Positions 49,345 to 63,634 of a DNA stretch of 64,000 bases are shown here, in pieces (position 1 is the first letter of the stretch; every line of letters begins with the position of its first letter). Under the pieces are notes generated by a model, which was not told the DNA's origin, did no database searches, and saw nothing but the letters and a program-made list of their open reading frames with translations. Where the stretch lies: assembly GCF_036321535.1 (NCBI RefSeq), contig NC_087436.1, positions 91,948,001 to 92,012,000 of the forward strand. Direction: 5' to 3'. Both the position numbers and the translations under genes were made by a program. This DNA is from Camelus dromedarius. Its lineage: Eukaryota.

Positions 49345-49575
49345 AACAACTACAAACACTTATGCAACACTTATTATATGCCAAGTACTATTCTAAAAGC
49401 TGAATGTTCACCAATATATTTACTCCTCCAACAACTTTTTGGGCTAGATACTATTATTACTACTATTTTACAGATGCGATAACTTAGGTACAGAAGTGTT
49501 AACTTACCCAAATTTGTCCTGCTTCTAAAATAGAATCTGGCTAATAGAGCCAGAACTCAAGCTCTTATAGGCTTC
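49345..49575 (-). mobile_element. MIR SINE
   Basis: cacttattatatgccaagtactattctaa...tattttacagatgcgataacttagg. Confidence 0.75.
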
Positions 49576-51084
49576 AGAGACCAGACTGAGTGAATCTAGT
49601 AAAATCATCAGTCATGTTAAGGATGGGGCACTGAATTCCCAACTTGTTTCTCTGCTTTATGATTAGAAGGACAGTTATTATAAACTATTTCATACTGAGG
49701 GTCACTGGCTGTTATGTTACGTAGCATTTTCATTCATCTGTTTGAATTGTAAGAAGAACAACAAGTCTTTCTGAAGAAAACCATCAGCTACAAGGTGCTT
49801 TGCTTGAGTACATGTAGTGCAGATATATTTGCCCATTTGAACAACTCAGTTATTCTCACAAGAGAGGCTTACATCAGCATTCTGTGTGCAAGAACAAGTA
49901 AACAGATTAATTGAGAAACTGAGCTGTGGAGTTTGCAGCCTTAGAGAGCCAGCTTGGATCCTGGGTGTCTCGATGGCTTGTTAATGAACTCATCTGAATA
50001 ATTCACTAAATATATTATGAACATTATGCAGAGGCATTTGAAAGATGTTATGAAGGGCTTATATTAATATTTTCCAAATGAGATGACAGTAATTCATGAA
50101 TAAGGAAAAATTTGCCATTACACTCAGTTATTTTTCCAAAACTTGACCAATTCAGAAATTAAACAGATAAGAGTTACTTCAGATGACTTCATCAACAAAA
50201 CTGGAAAGTCATTCACATCATTTTCTTTGGAAAATAATCCTCAGCATTAGATCTTAACAGAGAAGTCAGTTAAATATTTTCAGTTCTTTCCAATCATCTG
50301 TGCCATTGGGTTGCGATTTCATGGAAACTAACACACAAATCATTTCTTGCTTTAAAATCTTTCTTTATCTTAAACTTATCAAACCAAATCTTTCTTCACT
50401 ATAAACCTAACATAAAGATTCCTCACAGAGCAATATTTTCAAGGGAAAATTTTGATAAAATTTATCAGACTCAGTGTTATTTGTGTATCATAGTTACCAA
50501 TTTTAAAAGCATTGTTTTTTATTTTATATTTTAACAACTATAATACTTTTTATATTATAGTTTCCCTCAACAGTAGTATAATAAACTTTCTTTTTTAAGC
50601 AAATATTTTTGAGTAAAAAAATATGTTGTCGAGTAACACAGTTGACTTTTCTTTTTTATCAGATTTTCAGAGAAAGATCTAGAAAGGTCAAATTCTCATA
50701 CAAGAGGAATAAATGGTTTTGCTAACCCTTTACCAATAGCCTTTTTCTGTTCAAAGGGTTGACAATTACCCTTGTCTGATAAAGAGCAAATTGCTTGAAG
50801 ACAGGTGACTAAAATTGAGAGCAGCTCATCTGTGAGTCTATCCCCTTTGGCTTGGGAATGGAAAATACCTTCTCTTCTCACTTAGCAGATTCCACCATTC
50901 ACATGGCTTTTTCTCCAGTCCCAGTTGTCCTTCTGTCACTTTCCTCTTCTCACCATCACCCCACATTCCCCCTTTTCCCATTTGATCTACTCTGTGGAAG
51001 TGGAACTTCTGACTCCACAAGCTCACAGCCAGATATTTTCGGTTTACACTCTGAGTCTTAGTTTCCACATCAGCACAGGCCGGG

Positions 51085-51290
51085 AATGCATTTGTTGAAC
51101 CAAAAAGACATCATAGGATAATGCTTACTATGTGCTAGGCACCCTGCTGTGCAGCGGGGATGCAATAGTGAACAAGACCCACAAAGCCCATGCTCTGAGG
51201 GGACTTCCATTCTCACATTGTAGACAGATGATAAAAATAGCAAATAAAGAACCAAGAAAATGTCAATGTGACAAGGATATGCAATGAATA
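51085..51290 (-). mobile_element. L2 3' fragment (host of the L1 at 51305)
   Basis: aatgcttactatgtgctaggcac...gggatgcaatagtgaacaagac. Confidence 0.75.
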
Positions 51291-51304
51291 AAGACTGGCT
51301 GAAA

Positions 51305-52053
<749 letters not shown>

Positions 52054-52174
52054 AAGATTGGCTGAAATGATAGAGTATCTATATAAACTGACTAATCCTC
52101 CCTTTGTGCATTTTACACCATGTCCACCAAAGGATAACAAGGTGCTTGGCTCTTAAACTGTTAAATATCTCTTA

Positions 52175-52655
52175 AGAATCTGTTCAGTTGTATGTAATAG
52201 AAGCCTGTGACTTAAGTAAGTAAGATTGTATTTTTTTCCTTAAATAGCAATTTTTTAAATGTTTATTTATTCTGCCGAGCTATACAAAACAGTGTCTGAA
52301 TGATTCATTAGGCTCTTTCCCCATGGTCACAAATGGCTTCTCTAGCTTCAGGAGCAGCAATGGTAACTCAAGAATGAAGGGGAAGGAGTCATGACCCACA
52401 GTTGAAAAAACGGCCCACGCTGGTCCCCTAGGAGAATTATGCCTGGGTCTCAGCCTCATAGAGGGGTGACATGGCCACCCTAAGCTACACAGGAAACTGA
52501 GAACATTGGGGAAGTGATTATCATTGTTGCTTCACACACATTAAGACCTGTGACCCAGGGCCTGATGTACTGCTACCTCAAACAGAAACAGAGTACTTTT
52601 AGCAAAGAAGCGTAGGAGAGAAACGTTTGGTGGGGGCCGAACAGTGAGTTCCAAT
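52175..52655 (-). mobile_element. Old MaLR (MLT1K/L-like) LTR
   Basis: tggtcacaaatggct, gggtgacatggccaccctaagctacacaggaaactgagaa. Confidence 0.6.
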
Positions 52656-53496
52656 CATTGATTTTTGCATTAGTCTGGACTTAACCATCTGTAACAGGAA
52701 GAAATATACTGCTCATTCCTCCATAAATTCTGAAGAAACTATGATCTTGAATATAATTTCAGTCTTTATTCAGAGCCCTCTGCACCAAATACTTGAATAA
52801 TATGAGACGCCAAATGGGATGGTAATCAGATTTCCCTAATTCATCCTCAAGCCAATCAATAAGTGTCCACATGTTTTATGTTTGTTTAGAAAACCCTCTG
52901 GTCTTCACTTTCTAAAACAAATAATGACACAAGACAACACTACAACTCAGTGACACTAAGAAAAATAATTATTTTGGTATAAGATCAGCAGGTCTCCAGC
53001 ATGAGAAGAGCATGGTGGAGAAAGTTTTAGCTTCTCCTCTGTGGCCTGAAGGGTATTTTACAATGGAAAAACAACTTGGATGAAAGATGAAAACTGGGGA
53101 GAAAGCCTCAAAAGGAGAAGATGATACATTTCTGGCATTAAAATAAAAATTGCCATGGTCTTTAGAAAGTGTGAGATAAGATGGTTAGAATATTTCCCGA
53201 TCCATTGGTCACTGTTTTATAATTCTGCAGAAAGAATTAAAATGGAAAAGAACTTACAGTGAAATTTCACTCCAGAAATATCGGGGTGCATCCACGCAGA
53301 ACTGTGGTGTATGCTCTTAGTCTGTCCTGGTCCCCTTTTGAGTCTAGACTGCTAATAGTGCATAAATGCACTTTCTCTGGAGAATTTTGCTCTGCAGGTG
53401 GAAGCAATCTCCCTGGAGAGACTGTCTCCTTCCTCTCTGCTAACCTCCTGCACAGCCAGCAGCCTGCAGCCAGTGACACAGAAGATTATACAAAAT

Positions 53497-53497
<1 letters not shown>

Positions 53498-53528
<31 letters not shown>
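53498..53528. repeat. (CA)15 microsatellite
   Basis: Perfect AC repeat. Confidence 0.95.
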
Positions 53529-53529
<1 letters not shown>

Positions 53530-53584
53530 GTATTATACAAAACACCACCCCTTACTTCAGAGCTGGATCAACTCTGTATACTCT

Positions 53585-53715
53585 GAGGGTATAGCTCAGT
53601 GGTAGAGCACATGCTTAGCATGCACAAGGTCCTGGGTTCAGTCCTCAGTATCTCTATTGAAATAAATAAATAAACCAAATCACCCCTCCCAAAACAAACA
53701 ACAAACAAACAAACA
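53585..53715 (+). mobile_element. Camelid tRNA-Ala-derived SINE (Vic-type)
   Basis: gagggtatagctcagtggtagagcacatgcttagcatgcacaaggtcctgggttca head; tail segment shared with the two 25-kb copies; (AAAC)n end. Confidence 0.93.
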
Positions 53716-54510
53716 GACTATAGTTCGTGCTCCAGAGGTTTCCATGGGATCAGGCAGAAGCTAGCTTCCTGCTGACACATCTTTCCTAGGCTGCTTGCTC
53801 TGCCCTGTCCTGGGGCCTTCATGCCTTCCTCAGTAAGATACAGCTGAACACCGACTCGGTCTCTGTGACTTGGGAACTCCATGCTGCACAAGAGTGGGAC
53901 GCCCCTTTTCATCTGTGGAGATGTTATAACCTGCAGGCTAGTGAGGACCACAGAGCCCACCTTCCATAGAAAAAATGTCCCATCTGGGTTTCCTCAGAGT
54001 CTCTTGATTGCAGTACAAGTTGCTCTGATGTCCTAGGTGTGTCCTTTGCCCCTTGGGTCTCACAGGTTCGTTGCTGTTTCTGTGAACAGCCAACAAGCCA
54101 GCATCCTCGCTCCGAACATCTGCTCCACGACTGCTCTCTGCTTCCTTTCAATCCAAGCAGAGCTTCGACAACCCTTACCGTCCCCTAATGCAGGCAGCGA
54201 GCTCTTTCTGGGAGTAACTTCAGAGAAGAAAAAAAATCTGAAGATTCTGAAACTGGCAGCAAGAAGAAATAAGAGGCAGGGAAAACAGTGTTTTGTTTGA
54301 TTTTTTTTTTAACCCACTCCTAGATATGCATATCTGGGTAAGAGAGGCATGGCACGGATTCCCAAATTCCAGTTTGCCCAGCGTTTCCTCTCACCCAGTG
54401 TTGGCACAGGTAAGTAAATGCTGGCAGAAGACCTAAACTCTTCTTAATACGTCCCAGCAGCAATTCTGGTAGTTGGCTTTTCCTCTCAGATAAAAACACC
54501 AAAATGGCTC

Positions 54511-54602
54511 TGTGTGTGTGTGTGTGTGTGTAGTTTATATACATATATACACACATATATAGGCGTACGTCTATACACACACGTATACATGCAAATATAT
54601 AT
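54511..54602. repeat. (TG)10 followed by imperfect TA/CA repeat
   Basis: Direct reading. Confidence 0.85.
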
Positions 54603-56959
54603 GTTCATTATGTAAAGTTTTAATACATAAATATCAAATTTCCATTACAATGTCAATTTACTTAAATCTGCTCTCTGCTGAAGTGAGAAGACATATTTCT
54701 TTTAGTTTCATAGGTAGACAGCATGTAAAACATAACTTCGGAATCTCCTGCATTATTTTAGGTTAAAAATAAATAAGACCAAGTTGAGTCCCTTTTATTC
54801 TCTTCCTCTAACAATAATTTCATTACTTTGTTAACTCTGAAAGTCTGCTTGATTTCTGTTGCTAAATTCAAGTACTTAATGCTACAAAGCAATCCAAGAA
54901 AAGCACTTTAGGAGAATTACTACAATTTCTGGTGGTTAAAATCACTCGGTTTGTGCTGCTTAGTTCATTCCTAAGTCTTCTTAAGAAGCTAAAATGTTTA
55001 TTGTGACACCAGAGCCAAGCTCTATAATGTCTTTCTTCACAGCAGAGTTGACTGAAAGCTTTCATTTTCCCACATGGAGGTTTCAAGGCAATAACTTTGC
55101 ATAGTGAGGAAAGTTTCTGTAATGTCATTTTCAGGAAAGTCAAACACACACACTGATGAAGCTGTTGACAGAAATATAAGTGAATGATGGCTTGGCAAAG
55201 CATGAAGCCATTAAAGGGAAACCGTCCTCCAAGTCGTCCCCAAGGATCAGCAGATTTCATACTTGACAGCTTTTCTTTGTGTAATGGAGTTTCAATGGGA
55301 ATTATAGTAGCACAGTTTGCATTAGACAATTCTTTATTTAATGTGTTGAAATATGGCTCCTGGTTAGGGTAAGCTCTAGAGAGAGATGGAGAATAAGGAC
55401 CATGGAGTCTTGCTTAGAAATGAGAATGAAATTTCATTTAAAACCCAACAGTCACACTTGTTGTAAGTGATATTTTAGGGAGAAGTGCTTCCCTAAATGA
55501 ATGATAGTTCGGATGGTTCAATGGGTTCCTCTCAGTTCTAAGTTCTGAAAAGGGTTTTGTTTTTTTTTAACAGTTTTTCTGTAGACGGTGTCAAATCTAT
55601 AAACAGAGGTTTAGGGACCTCTATACTAATATTATCTTGATTCAATTTGTTGTCATATTTAGGACAAATTATTTTTGCTTTATATCCAAGGCACTTACTT
55701 GTAGGATCTAGGTAATACCACTGGCTTCAAAAGGATGAGAATTTCAAAAGACTAAATCAAAAAAGAAAACAAAATAATAACACTTATTGTATACCTTGCT
55801 TTGGCCATATGCTGTGTTAAAGGTTTTATTTCACAACTAATCCATTCATAGCTCTAAGAGGCAGCTGGCACTTTTTGTTCCTCGGCACTAGAAACAAACT
55901 ATCTTTTAAAAAGTTGTAAGAAGTCTGTAAAAGCTGTTATTTTGTGTCCTAGAATGAATATGGTGAGAACTTATATTGCTCTAGTTTTATTCATAAATGC
56001 ATAACTGAGTTTATTTCAACACCTTTCTTTCCAGGAAAGTAGTTCAGAAAATCTCTGTGGTCCCGGCTGAATTTATTCAATCAAACAAAGAGGAGAAAAT
56101 GCTGTTTGAATAGGACCATTGATTGAGCATATATAAAACTTTTACATGTGCTGGGTTTAATTATGCATAGTTCCACTTCAGAGTGAGTCAATATGTTTAT
56201 TTTGGGGAATAACACCTTAAAGGTTAGCTGGTTGGTGGTTCTGCCATGAGCTCTATGCCCACTGAAATGCTTTAGGTCCCCAGTGTCATGCATGAAACCC
56301 AAGCCAGTTGTATAGAACATCATCCTACTTCAGTGGCTATGAACTACCACAGAGTAAGCGTGGACTCCTGGGTGAAAGATATCAACAAATTTGGCTGAAT
56401 TGACATGGATAAAATCCCTATTTGAGATACGAGGAAAAACTAAAATCAATGTAGCTAGAAAATTAAAATTGAACATTTGGGAGAGTCTCGAGAGATCCAA
56501 TACTGACATGAAAAGTAAACTGAAATGCAAATTAGGGAGTCTCTTGTTAAGAGAACCAGCGTCCCAGTCCTGGGTCTCACTCCCTGGCTTCATGTCATCG
56601 GGAATTTGCTGGGTCTCAGTTTTACCTCTAAAATGAGGTTGTTGGACTAGATATTTTAAAATTTTCAATTACCCTTTTTCCCCACATTTTTAATCTCTTT
56701 CAAAGGGCAAAAAATGTACTAAAGTGAAAGCTTGGCTACGTGTACATTTCTTTGACCCAACTTTTCAACTGAAGCTCGTGATGGCACAACTTATTCCAGT
56801 GCAGAGATCACTGGGGAGGTTAAAAAACACAACTGGGGTCAGTTTCACTTAGCATGGTGAATACATGGACATTCTTGCCATTTGTGAGCCGCCTTATTCT
56901 TTCTTCTAAGCACCTGCCACACTTGATACATGTACCAATTACAGGCAATTTAGCAAATA

Positions 56960-57786
56960 CAGTTGACCTTGAACAATGCAGGGGTAAAGGGGTGCCAATT
57001 CCCCAAGCAGTCAAAAACCCATGTATAATGTTTGAATCCCCAAAAACCTAACTACTAGTAGCCTGCTCTTGACTGGAAGCCTTACTGATAAAATAAAGTT
57101 GATTAATACACTTTTTAAATTTTAGACATATTATGCACTGTATTTTTATAATAACGTAAGTTAGAGACAAGGAAATGTTAAGAAAATCAAAAGGAAGAGA
57201 AAAGACATTTACAGCATTGTACTGTACTTACTGATACCATGAACTTACATCATCTCTTTACAAGCTGAATCATCTGTCAGTACCTACATCAATCGTGTCT
57301 TATATGATACACAACACTGTAGCTGTCAGACATATTATTGACCCCAGACATCAAAAATGAAAAGATAATGTGAAAAAGAAGTACATGATTATTTACAGGT
57401 ATAATGATTCATTCACTGATAACAAAGAAACAGCAATATGATTGCCTCATGCTGGCCCAGGGTAATCAGGGGTGCTGTGTATGGTCTGTAAGCATTTGGG
57501 TGCATAAGTTTTGGTAAATTTTAACTTTTAAATAATAGATTTATGAATATTGTACAGTAGTAAATAATAAAATAGACTAGAATCTACATATATTTTATGC
57601 ACTGATTGCGTACTTAACTTTTTCTTAATTTTTAAAAAATATTTCTAGGCTTTGAGGTTCATCTGCAAGATTTTTTTTTTCAAATTGTCTCAGATCTCTA
57701 AAAAATTTTCCAATGCAGTTATTGAAAAAATTCTGTGTACCAGTGGACCTATGCGGTTCAGACCCATGTTGTTCAAGAGTCAACTG
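56960..57786. mobile_element. Tigger2-family non-autonomous TcMar DNA transposon
   Basis: TIRs cagttgaccttgaacaa / ttgttcaagagtcaactg, flanked by TA TSDs at 56958-56959 and 57787-57788. Confidence 0.93.
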
Positions 57787-58084
57787 TACCTTGTATTGTC
57801 CTATTTTATGCCCATGAAGCCTTTCATTCTCACTGCCTGGATAAACTCTATAGCATCCTGGATTATAATTCGGCTGTGTGGCTTTCTTCATAACTTTGTA
57901 GATAGTAAGTCCTGAAATAAAGTTTTGCAACTACTTTATGAGTGATAAGTGTGAAGGTAAATGTCAAGCATTGCCTCATTTTTTTGGTGATGAACATCAA
58001 GTCAAGTATCAGGTCAAGTAAATCCATTCCACTGAAAATAAGCATCTATGAAATAGCGAAAACAAGAACTGATAAGATCAGCCA

Positions 58085-58290
58085 ATGTAACTATAGCTCT
58101 TTCTATGTAACTGGCGTTGTCTCCAAAGTTTTACAGGTATTATCTTGTAATTTCCACAACAACCCTGTGAGCTCAGTGCCATCCTGACCCTCACTCCTCA
58201 GTGAGATTTAGTAATGTGCCAGTACGCACACAGCTGGCCAAGGGCAGAGCTGGAACTCAAGCCAAAGGGGTCTGAAACCAGTGCTCACTT
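58085..58290 (-). mobile_element. MIR SINE
   Basis: ccacaacaaccctgtgag...cacacagctggccaagggcagagctggaactcaagcc. Confidence 0.75.
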
Positions 58291-58381
58291 TTTAAGCCTG
58301 AAAATGAAAAACATTTGTCTGTCTCTAAGTTAACCAGTGAAAATTAGGAGAAATGACGTTTTGATAGAAATTTTTCCAGAG

Positions 58382-58581
58382 CAAGGTCTGGAAAATAGTT
58401 TGTAAGCCAGTTCCAGTCCTCCATCATCTTTGAAAAAATGTTTTGCTGTCATGCAGGCACACTCACTCATTTGTGCCTTGTCCGTAGCTGGCTTTGCACT
58501 GCAGTGTCAGGGCCGAGCTGTTCACCCAGAGCCTAGGTATTTACTATCTGCCCTTTTACAGGAAAAGTCTGCAGATCCCTC
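58382..58581. mobile_element. MER58A-like hAT-Charlie MITE
   Basis: tatttactatctgcccttttacaggaaaagtctgcagatccct; 8-bp TSD TTCCAGAG/ATCCAGAG. Confidence 0.85.
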
Positions 58582-58862
58582 ATCCAGAGAAACCTTTCTC
58601 AGGCTCTTCTTGAATAATCAACCATCTTTTTTCCCTCCTCTTGTAAATTCCACAATGAAAAGGCGTCACATAATACATATATCACCAAACCCATTCTATC
58701 CGTTCTACAATTCAAAAATGGCATTCCTTTTGCCTATTTCTTGTCTTTTTATAACAAACCAACTCGTTTTATTATCTATTTCCTTTTCCCTCAATCATTA
58801 AAAAAAATTTAACTCCGTTTACATGTATTCTATTTTCCGTATCTATAATTAATATGATGGTC

Positions 58863-58898
58863 TCCATTTTTACTTCCATTTTTACTTCCATTTTTACT
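58863..58898. repeat. Three perfect copies of TCCATTTTTACT
   Basis: Direct reading, 12-bp unit. Confidence 0.9.
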
Positions 58899-58959
58899 AA
58901 AATATTTTTCTTATTTTGTGTTTGTTAATATGTCAGTAAGTAAGTGGTCTTTCTATCCT

Positions 58960-59420
58960 CTCATGCTTACCCTGGCTCAGTTTGCTCTGATTCGTTCTTC
59001 TCTTTTTTCCTTTCTCCTGTCACAGGGGATCTGAGCTCTGCAGGATGTGTTTCACAAATCCCTCCATCACGGGCATCCAAATTGGTTCAGCCAATGGAAG
59101 GCCTCTGGGAGTTGGGGAGGTAGAGAGAAGCCAGGGTATTTCTCCAACTCCCTGCATCTCCTCCATAGTGTATTATGGCTCCAGCTTACTGGCCAGTAGG
59201 GAAGGTGGAGGGAACGGGGCTGTAGCACTTGGATTCAAATAACACCCTCTTCTCCCTCTCCAGGTGGTCCCAGCCTCCTTCGAGGCTAATTTCTGGACTG
59301 TATATCACCACTCCATTTGTCATCCTTCCATCTCTCGTGTAATCATCCCTCTGCATTTTTAATTACACTTTTAGGTGTAAGTTCTTGATGCGATTTCTTT
59401 TTTTTTCTTTTTTTGACTTG
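58960..59420 (+). mobile_element. LTR33-like ERVL LTR, degenerate
   Basis: ttggttcagccaatggaaggc...gagagaagccagggtatttctcc. Confidence 0.6.
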
Positions 59421-60359
59421 ACAATCTGTATAATTCTATTTTGTATGAACTTTAGAAATAGACAACATTTTGTTGTCAAACATGACTTTACCATAAAAGG
59501 CCTGCAAGAATTAATTATTCAAATCCTGTACATGTGACACGTGTCCTCGAAGAGATACTACCCCCGGAGCAGTCCTGCAAATTGAGTTTTCAAGGAACAA
59601 TAACAAAAAAAAAAAAGACTTTTTTCTTTTACTAAATTTGAACTCTATTTGTATGCAACAGGTTGCCAAAACCCATGGAAAAATATGAACCTGAGCTCAC
59701 TTTAGTCATGATGCATTTCAATGTAGCAGGAAATAATTCAAAATTTTTGGCTTGAGATGTAAATTATTGCTGGAAACTTCAAAATGAAATATGGCATATG
59801 GCAATTAAAGAAAAAAAGTCTCTCTTTGCCATTTCCTTTTCCTTATGCTAAATACTCAATAAGAACTCAGCATGCAGACAGTACGAAGGTCTCCCCTAAG
59901 ATGCCTGCCTTTCCCAAGGTGAGGAGCCAAGCATGGCTTGTAATGTGATACTGAAGCGAAAACCAATGATGGTCAATACACATTTTCGGGTTAGAGGCAG
60001 AACGAATTGTTCTATCCAAAAAGCTTTAATATTTATATTACATTTTGTGCCTGACACAGTTTTTACCCTCTAAAAAATGTGACGTTTTGGAATTTTTTTC
60101 TTTTCAAAGATTTTAGACAAAATACATTATAGGAAGTGGGAACCTCCCTGAAGGAATACGTATGTGAATTTATGACACCATTTTATTATGAGGAATAGTA
60201 ACTAGTGTTAAAAACACTTTTAAATTTCTCTTCATGCCTAAATTAGAATGGCATTAAGAATGTTTTTGGTTGGCTGAAGATTCACTGAATTTCTTATTCT
60301 TTTCTTCCTCTACTCTGACCTTACAACACCTCTTTAATCTCATTCCAAGTATGTTTTGT

Positions 60360-60570
60360 AATAACATGGCAAGAGTGTGGGTTTTGGAGACAGAGACTCC
60401 CAGGCAAATCCCAGATTCCCCATGTCTGACCAGGGAACGTTGCTTACTTCTCTGAGTCTCCATTTCCTCACATGCAAAATGTCTCTAGTATTATCCTTTC
60501 CACACTATTTTGTTAGGACAAAATAACTTTTAAAAATGTGCTAAGTTCCTCCAAATTATGGACACTCAGC
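60360..60570 (+). mobile_element. MIR SINE
   Basis: aagagtgtgggttttggagacagag...ttctctgagtctccatttcctcacatgcaaaatg. Confidence 0.75.
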
Positions 60571-61542
60571 CTGTCTGAGTTTCCTCCACTTGCCTCCTCA
60601 CTTCTCTCTCCTTGCTAACTTCAGTACTTTACAGAAGAGCCAACAAAAATCATATCTAGCATTATCTGCATTTATTGTTCCTCTTGTAAGCTGGGATTGC
60701 CACTTTCTATATACATCCACCCGAAGAATAAGAGGAAGATGCAAAGCAATATGCAAATTTGCAATTCTGTCTGACTTGAGTTTATTCCAGAAATAACTAT
60801 GTGTCTCTGTCCAGCTGACTTTACCTTAAACAACCATTCAGAAGGGCTGGGCTCATTGACTTGTCTCTCCTCCAATCCGTGGTAAACTCTTACCCCTGCC
60901 CCACCAGTACCGCACGATGCAGGAGGGAAGGCCAGATGTGGGGAGAGAGAAAGAGATGTAGGTAAGGGAACTTCCAAACATGGCTTTGCAGTATCCTGAT
61001 GGCTTCTGCTCCTGAAGACCTGTAGGGCCGCTGGCCAGGAAGGCCATTTAACCAGGACAAATAAGCAGGTTGTCATAGGTGACACTCCAGTGATTCTGCT
61101 GGAATAAAATGCATATTGTCCATTACAGACAGCTAACTCCTAGCGATACCAATGCCTAAAAACAGAAGGTAAGTTGTGAATTCTCAGCTGTGAAGAGAAG
61201 GTATATTTATTCCCCAGGAGTGAAAGTTAAAAGATACGTATTCATTTCACTGAATTTTTTCAATTGCAACAGAAATACTCTACTCTAGACTGGTTATTCA
61301 TGGAAGTTCCTAACCCTCAATGAAGCACAGGCAGGGTACTTTGTGGCATTCTTGCACTGACGCAAAGCTGCAAGTTTAGACGTCAGCTCAGAGGAGAAAG
61401 GGTTAGCGTTTCCTGCTGGTACAATTGCCACACATCTCTTACTTCTGTTGTAGAATTATAATGCATAGTCCCACTTTTTCTACCACTTAGATATAGTAGT
61501 GTGATCTTCAATCAACATTTTAACTTTTCTATTATACTCTTT

Positions 61543-61586
61543 TCTTTTAATTGAAGTATAGTCAGTTACAATGTGTCAATTTCTGG
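61543..61586 (-). mobile_element. Ultra-short L1 3' terminal insertion
   Basis: ttttaattgaagtatagtcagttacaatgtgtcaatttctgg matches the L1 end at 37858-37900; TSD TTATACTCTTT/TTATATCCTTT. Confidence 0.8.
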
Positions 61587-63094
61587 TTATATCCTTTAAT
61601 TGGCTGTCAAATCAAACACTTTTTAAATTGTATATATTTTAATGCTAAAGCAAGAAAGGGCAGAGTTAACGAAAAGGGGACAGGGTTGAGGGGCAGAGTT
61701 AAGGAAAGTATTCTGTGGTCTTACTTCCAGGAAGGGTAACAGGCCTTGAGGTTTTTATAATACAGGCTTTTGCTGGTAGACCATTCAAATTTATTGCTTT
61801 AAAAAAAGTAGCAGTGGAGAAAATATAGACTAAACCAGACAATTTCAGGAAACTTAAAACAAATCATCTAAACCCCTGGCATAAAACTGACCCACTTCGT
61901 ACACTGCAGGACAGGAAAGGCCTCGGAATCTGCTGGTTTCACCAGGTAAACACTTAAACTTATGCTGAGGCCAGCACTTCTGAGAGGTAAGGATTTGAAG
62001 GGAAAGAGCTATGAATGTTCCCACCAGGACAGACTCTAGAGCTGAAACTGTGAAAGCCAAACCAAAAAATCCAGAGGCAACACTGGTTTATGGCATCGCC
62101 CTTTTTGAACCTGGAATCCAGGAGGGAGACTTTGCTACATCCTGGAGCCCCAGTGACACTCAGACTGGGGACGTCTGACTGCTGGTCTCAGAGCAGCTGG
62201 AATCAAGGATGACAATGGCAGTGATGGGCTGAGGAGCAAGAGGGCTTTTTCCTGCTGGAAAGAGAAATCATATGAAACTTCCTCTTGGATTATATAGGCC
62301 CCCTGAGTTCCTAATCATTACAGAATAAGGAACCCCGAGAGTGTGACACAAGTTTCTTGCCAAGCAAACAAGTAAAGACATAGAGTTTATTCTAATTTGA
62401 TGTGAAAATAAACAGGGCTAGTACCCTGGCTGTTGCAGAACACGGTGTACCTGTTGATGTTAATCGGTCCCAGTGGCCATTAGTAAGTTTTGTCCAGCTC
62501 TCACCAGAACAGCAAATTAAAACCTCTTCTCACCAGTAACATCAGTTGTGCTGTAAACTGCACAGTTATTGGGGAGGGATGGTGAATTTGAATTACCACC
62601 CAAGAGACTCTTTCCAAATTACCCTCACTTTCTTCTCTGTATTCGTATCTCAGCTCTTTTTCCACCCCATTTACAAAATTCTGCGTAACTGTTTCAGGCC
62701 TGTGACCAAACTGCCACATCATATCACAGAAATACCATTTGTTTTCATTGTGGCTGTGCAATTTGCAATTATGCTTTAATTTGACTTGATTCCTTCCCAT
62801 CTGATCAATGTGTGACCCTGTCATCCAAGTGGCTCAGGAGTCCTTCTTGGCAGAACCATCAGAGGTAAAAGCCAAAAGAGTATGTGTAAACCATATTTAT
62901 TTTTACTTTTCTGCTGGGTCTTATGTAGATGTTGGGTTTTTAAATTATGTAACTAATATAATGAATAAGCAAGATACTTGGAGTCCATTCAGAAAGCAAT
63001 TCTATTCTTTATCCCTAATCGTCCATTCAGACTTGGCAAATTCCTCTTCTGAGTCTGGAAGAAATCTCAGATTTCGTACAACTGTTTTAGCAGC

Positions 63095-63634
63095 TTTCCT
63101 GAGGAATAACTGACATACAGTAAACTATATATATTTATAGCATACAATTTGATTAGTCATGATACAGATGACGTTAAGTATGTACTTTCAAACCATTATC
63201 ACAATCAAGTTACCAAATCACTCCCAAAGTTTCATTATGCCCTGTTTTATTCCTTCCCCTTCTCCTTTCTACTTTTAATTTTTATTTACAAGCAACCATT
63301 GATCTGAGTCTGACTTTAAATTAGTTTGGACTTTCTAGAATATTATATAAATGGAATAATTACACCATGTAATATTTTAAGTGTTGTTTCTTTCACTCAG
63401 CATAATTATTTTGAGATTCATCCACATTGTAATGTGTATCAAAGTTCATTCTTTTATTTACTACTAAGCAAGGAGTATTCAATTGTACGGATAAAGCACT
63501 GAAGCACTTTTGCAAATCCAGTCGCACGTTGATAAACATTTGTGTTGTTTTTAGTTTTTCGCTATTACAAATAAAGCTACTGTGAATATTCATGTACAAG
63601 ACTTTTGTATGCACATATCTTTTGTAGCTTTGGG
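63095..63634 (-). mobile_element. Old L1 (L1MB/MC-like) 3' end
   Basis: tttcactcagcataattattttgagattcatccacattgt, gctattacaaataaagctactgtgaatattcatgtacaag. Confidence 0.88.

Noticed and set aside
53585..53656. tRNA-Ala(AGC) gene
   Set aside because: Acceptor and anticodon stems have mismatches, the B box is altered, and it carries the SINE tail shared with two other copies.
54868..55329. 153-aa minus-strand ORF in unique DNA
   Set aside because: Non-ATG start, no recognisable domain, no clear splice or promoter context; a codon-conservation test would be needed to revive it.
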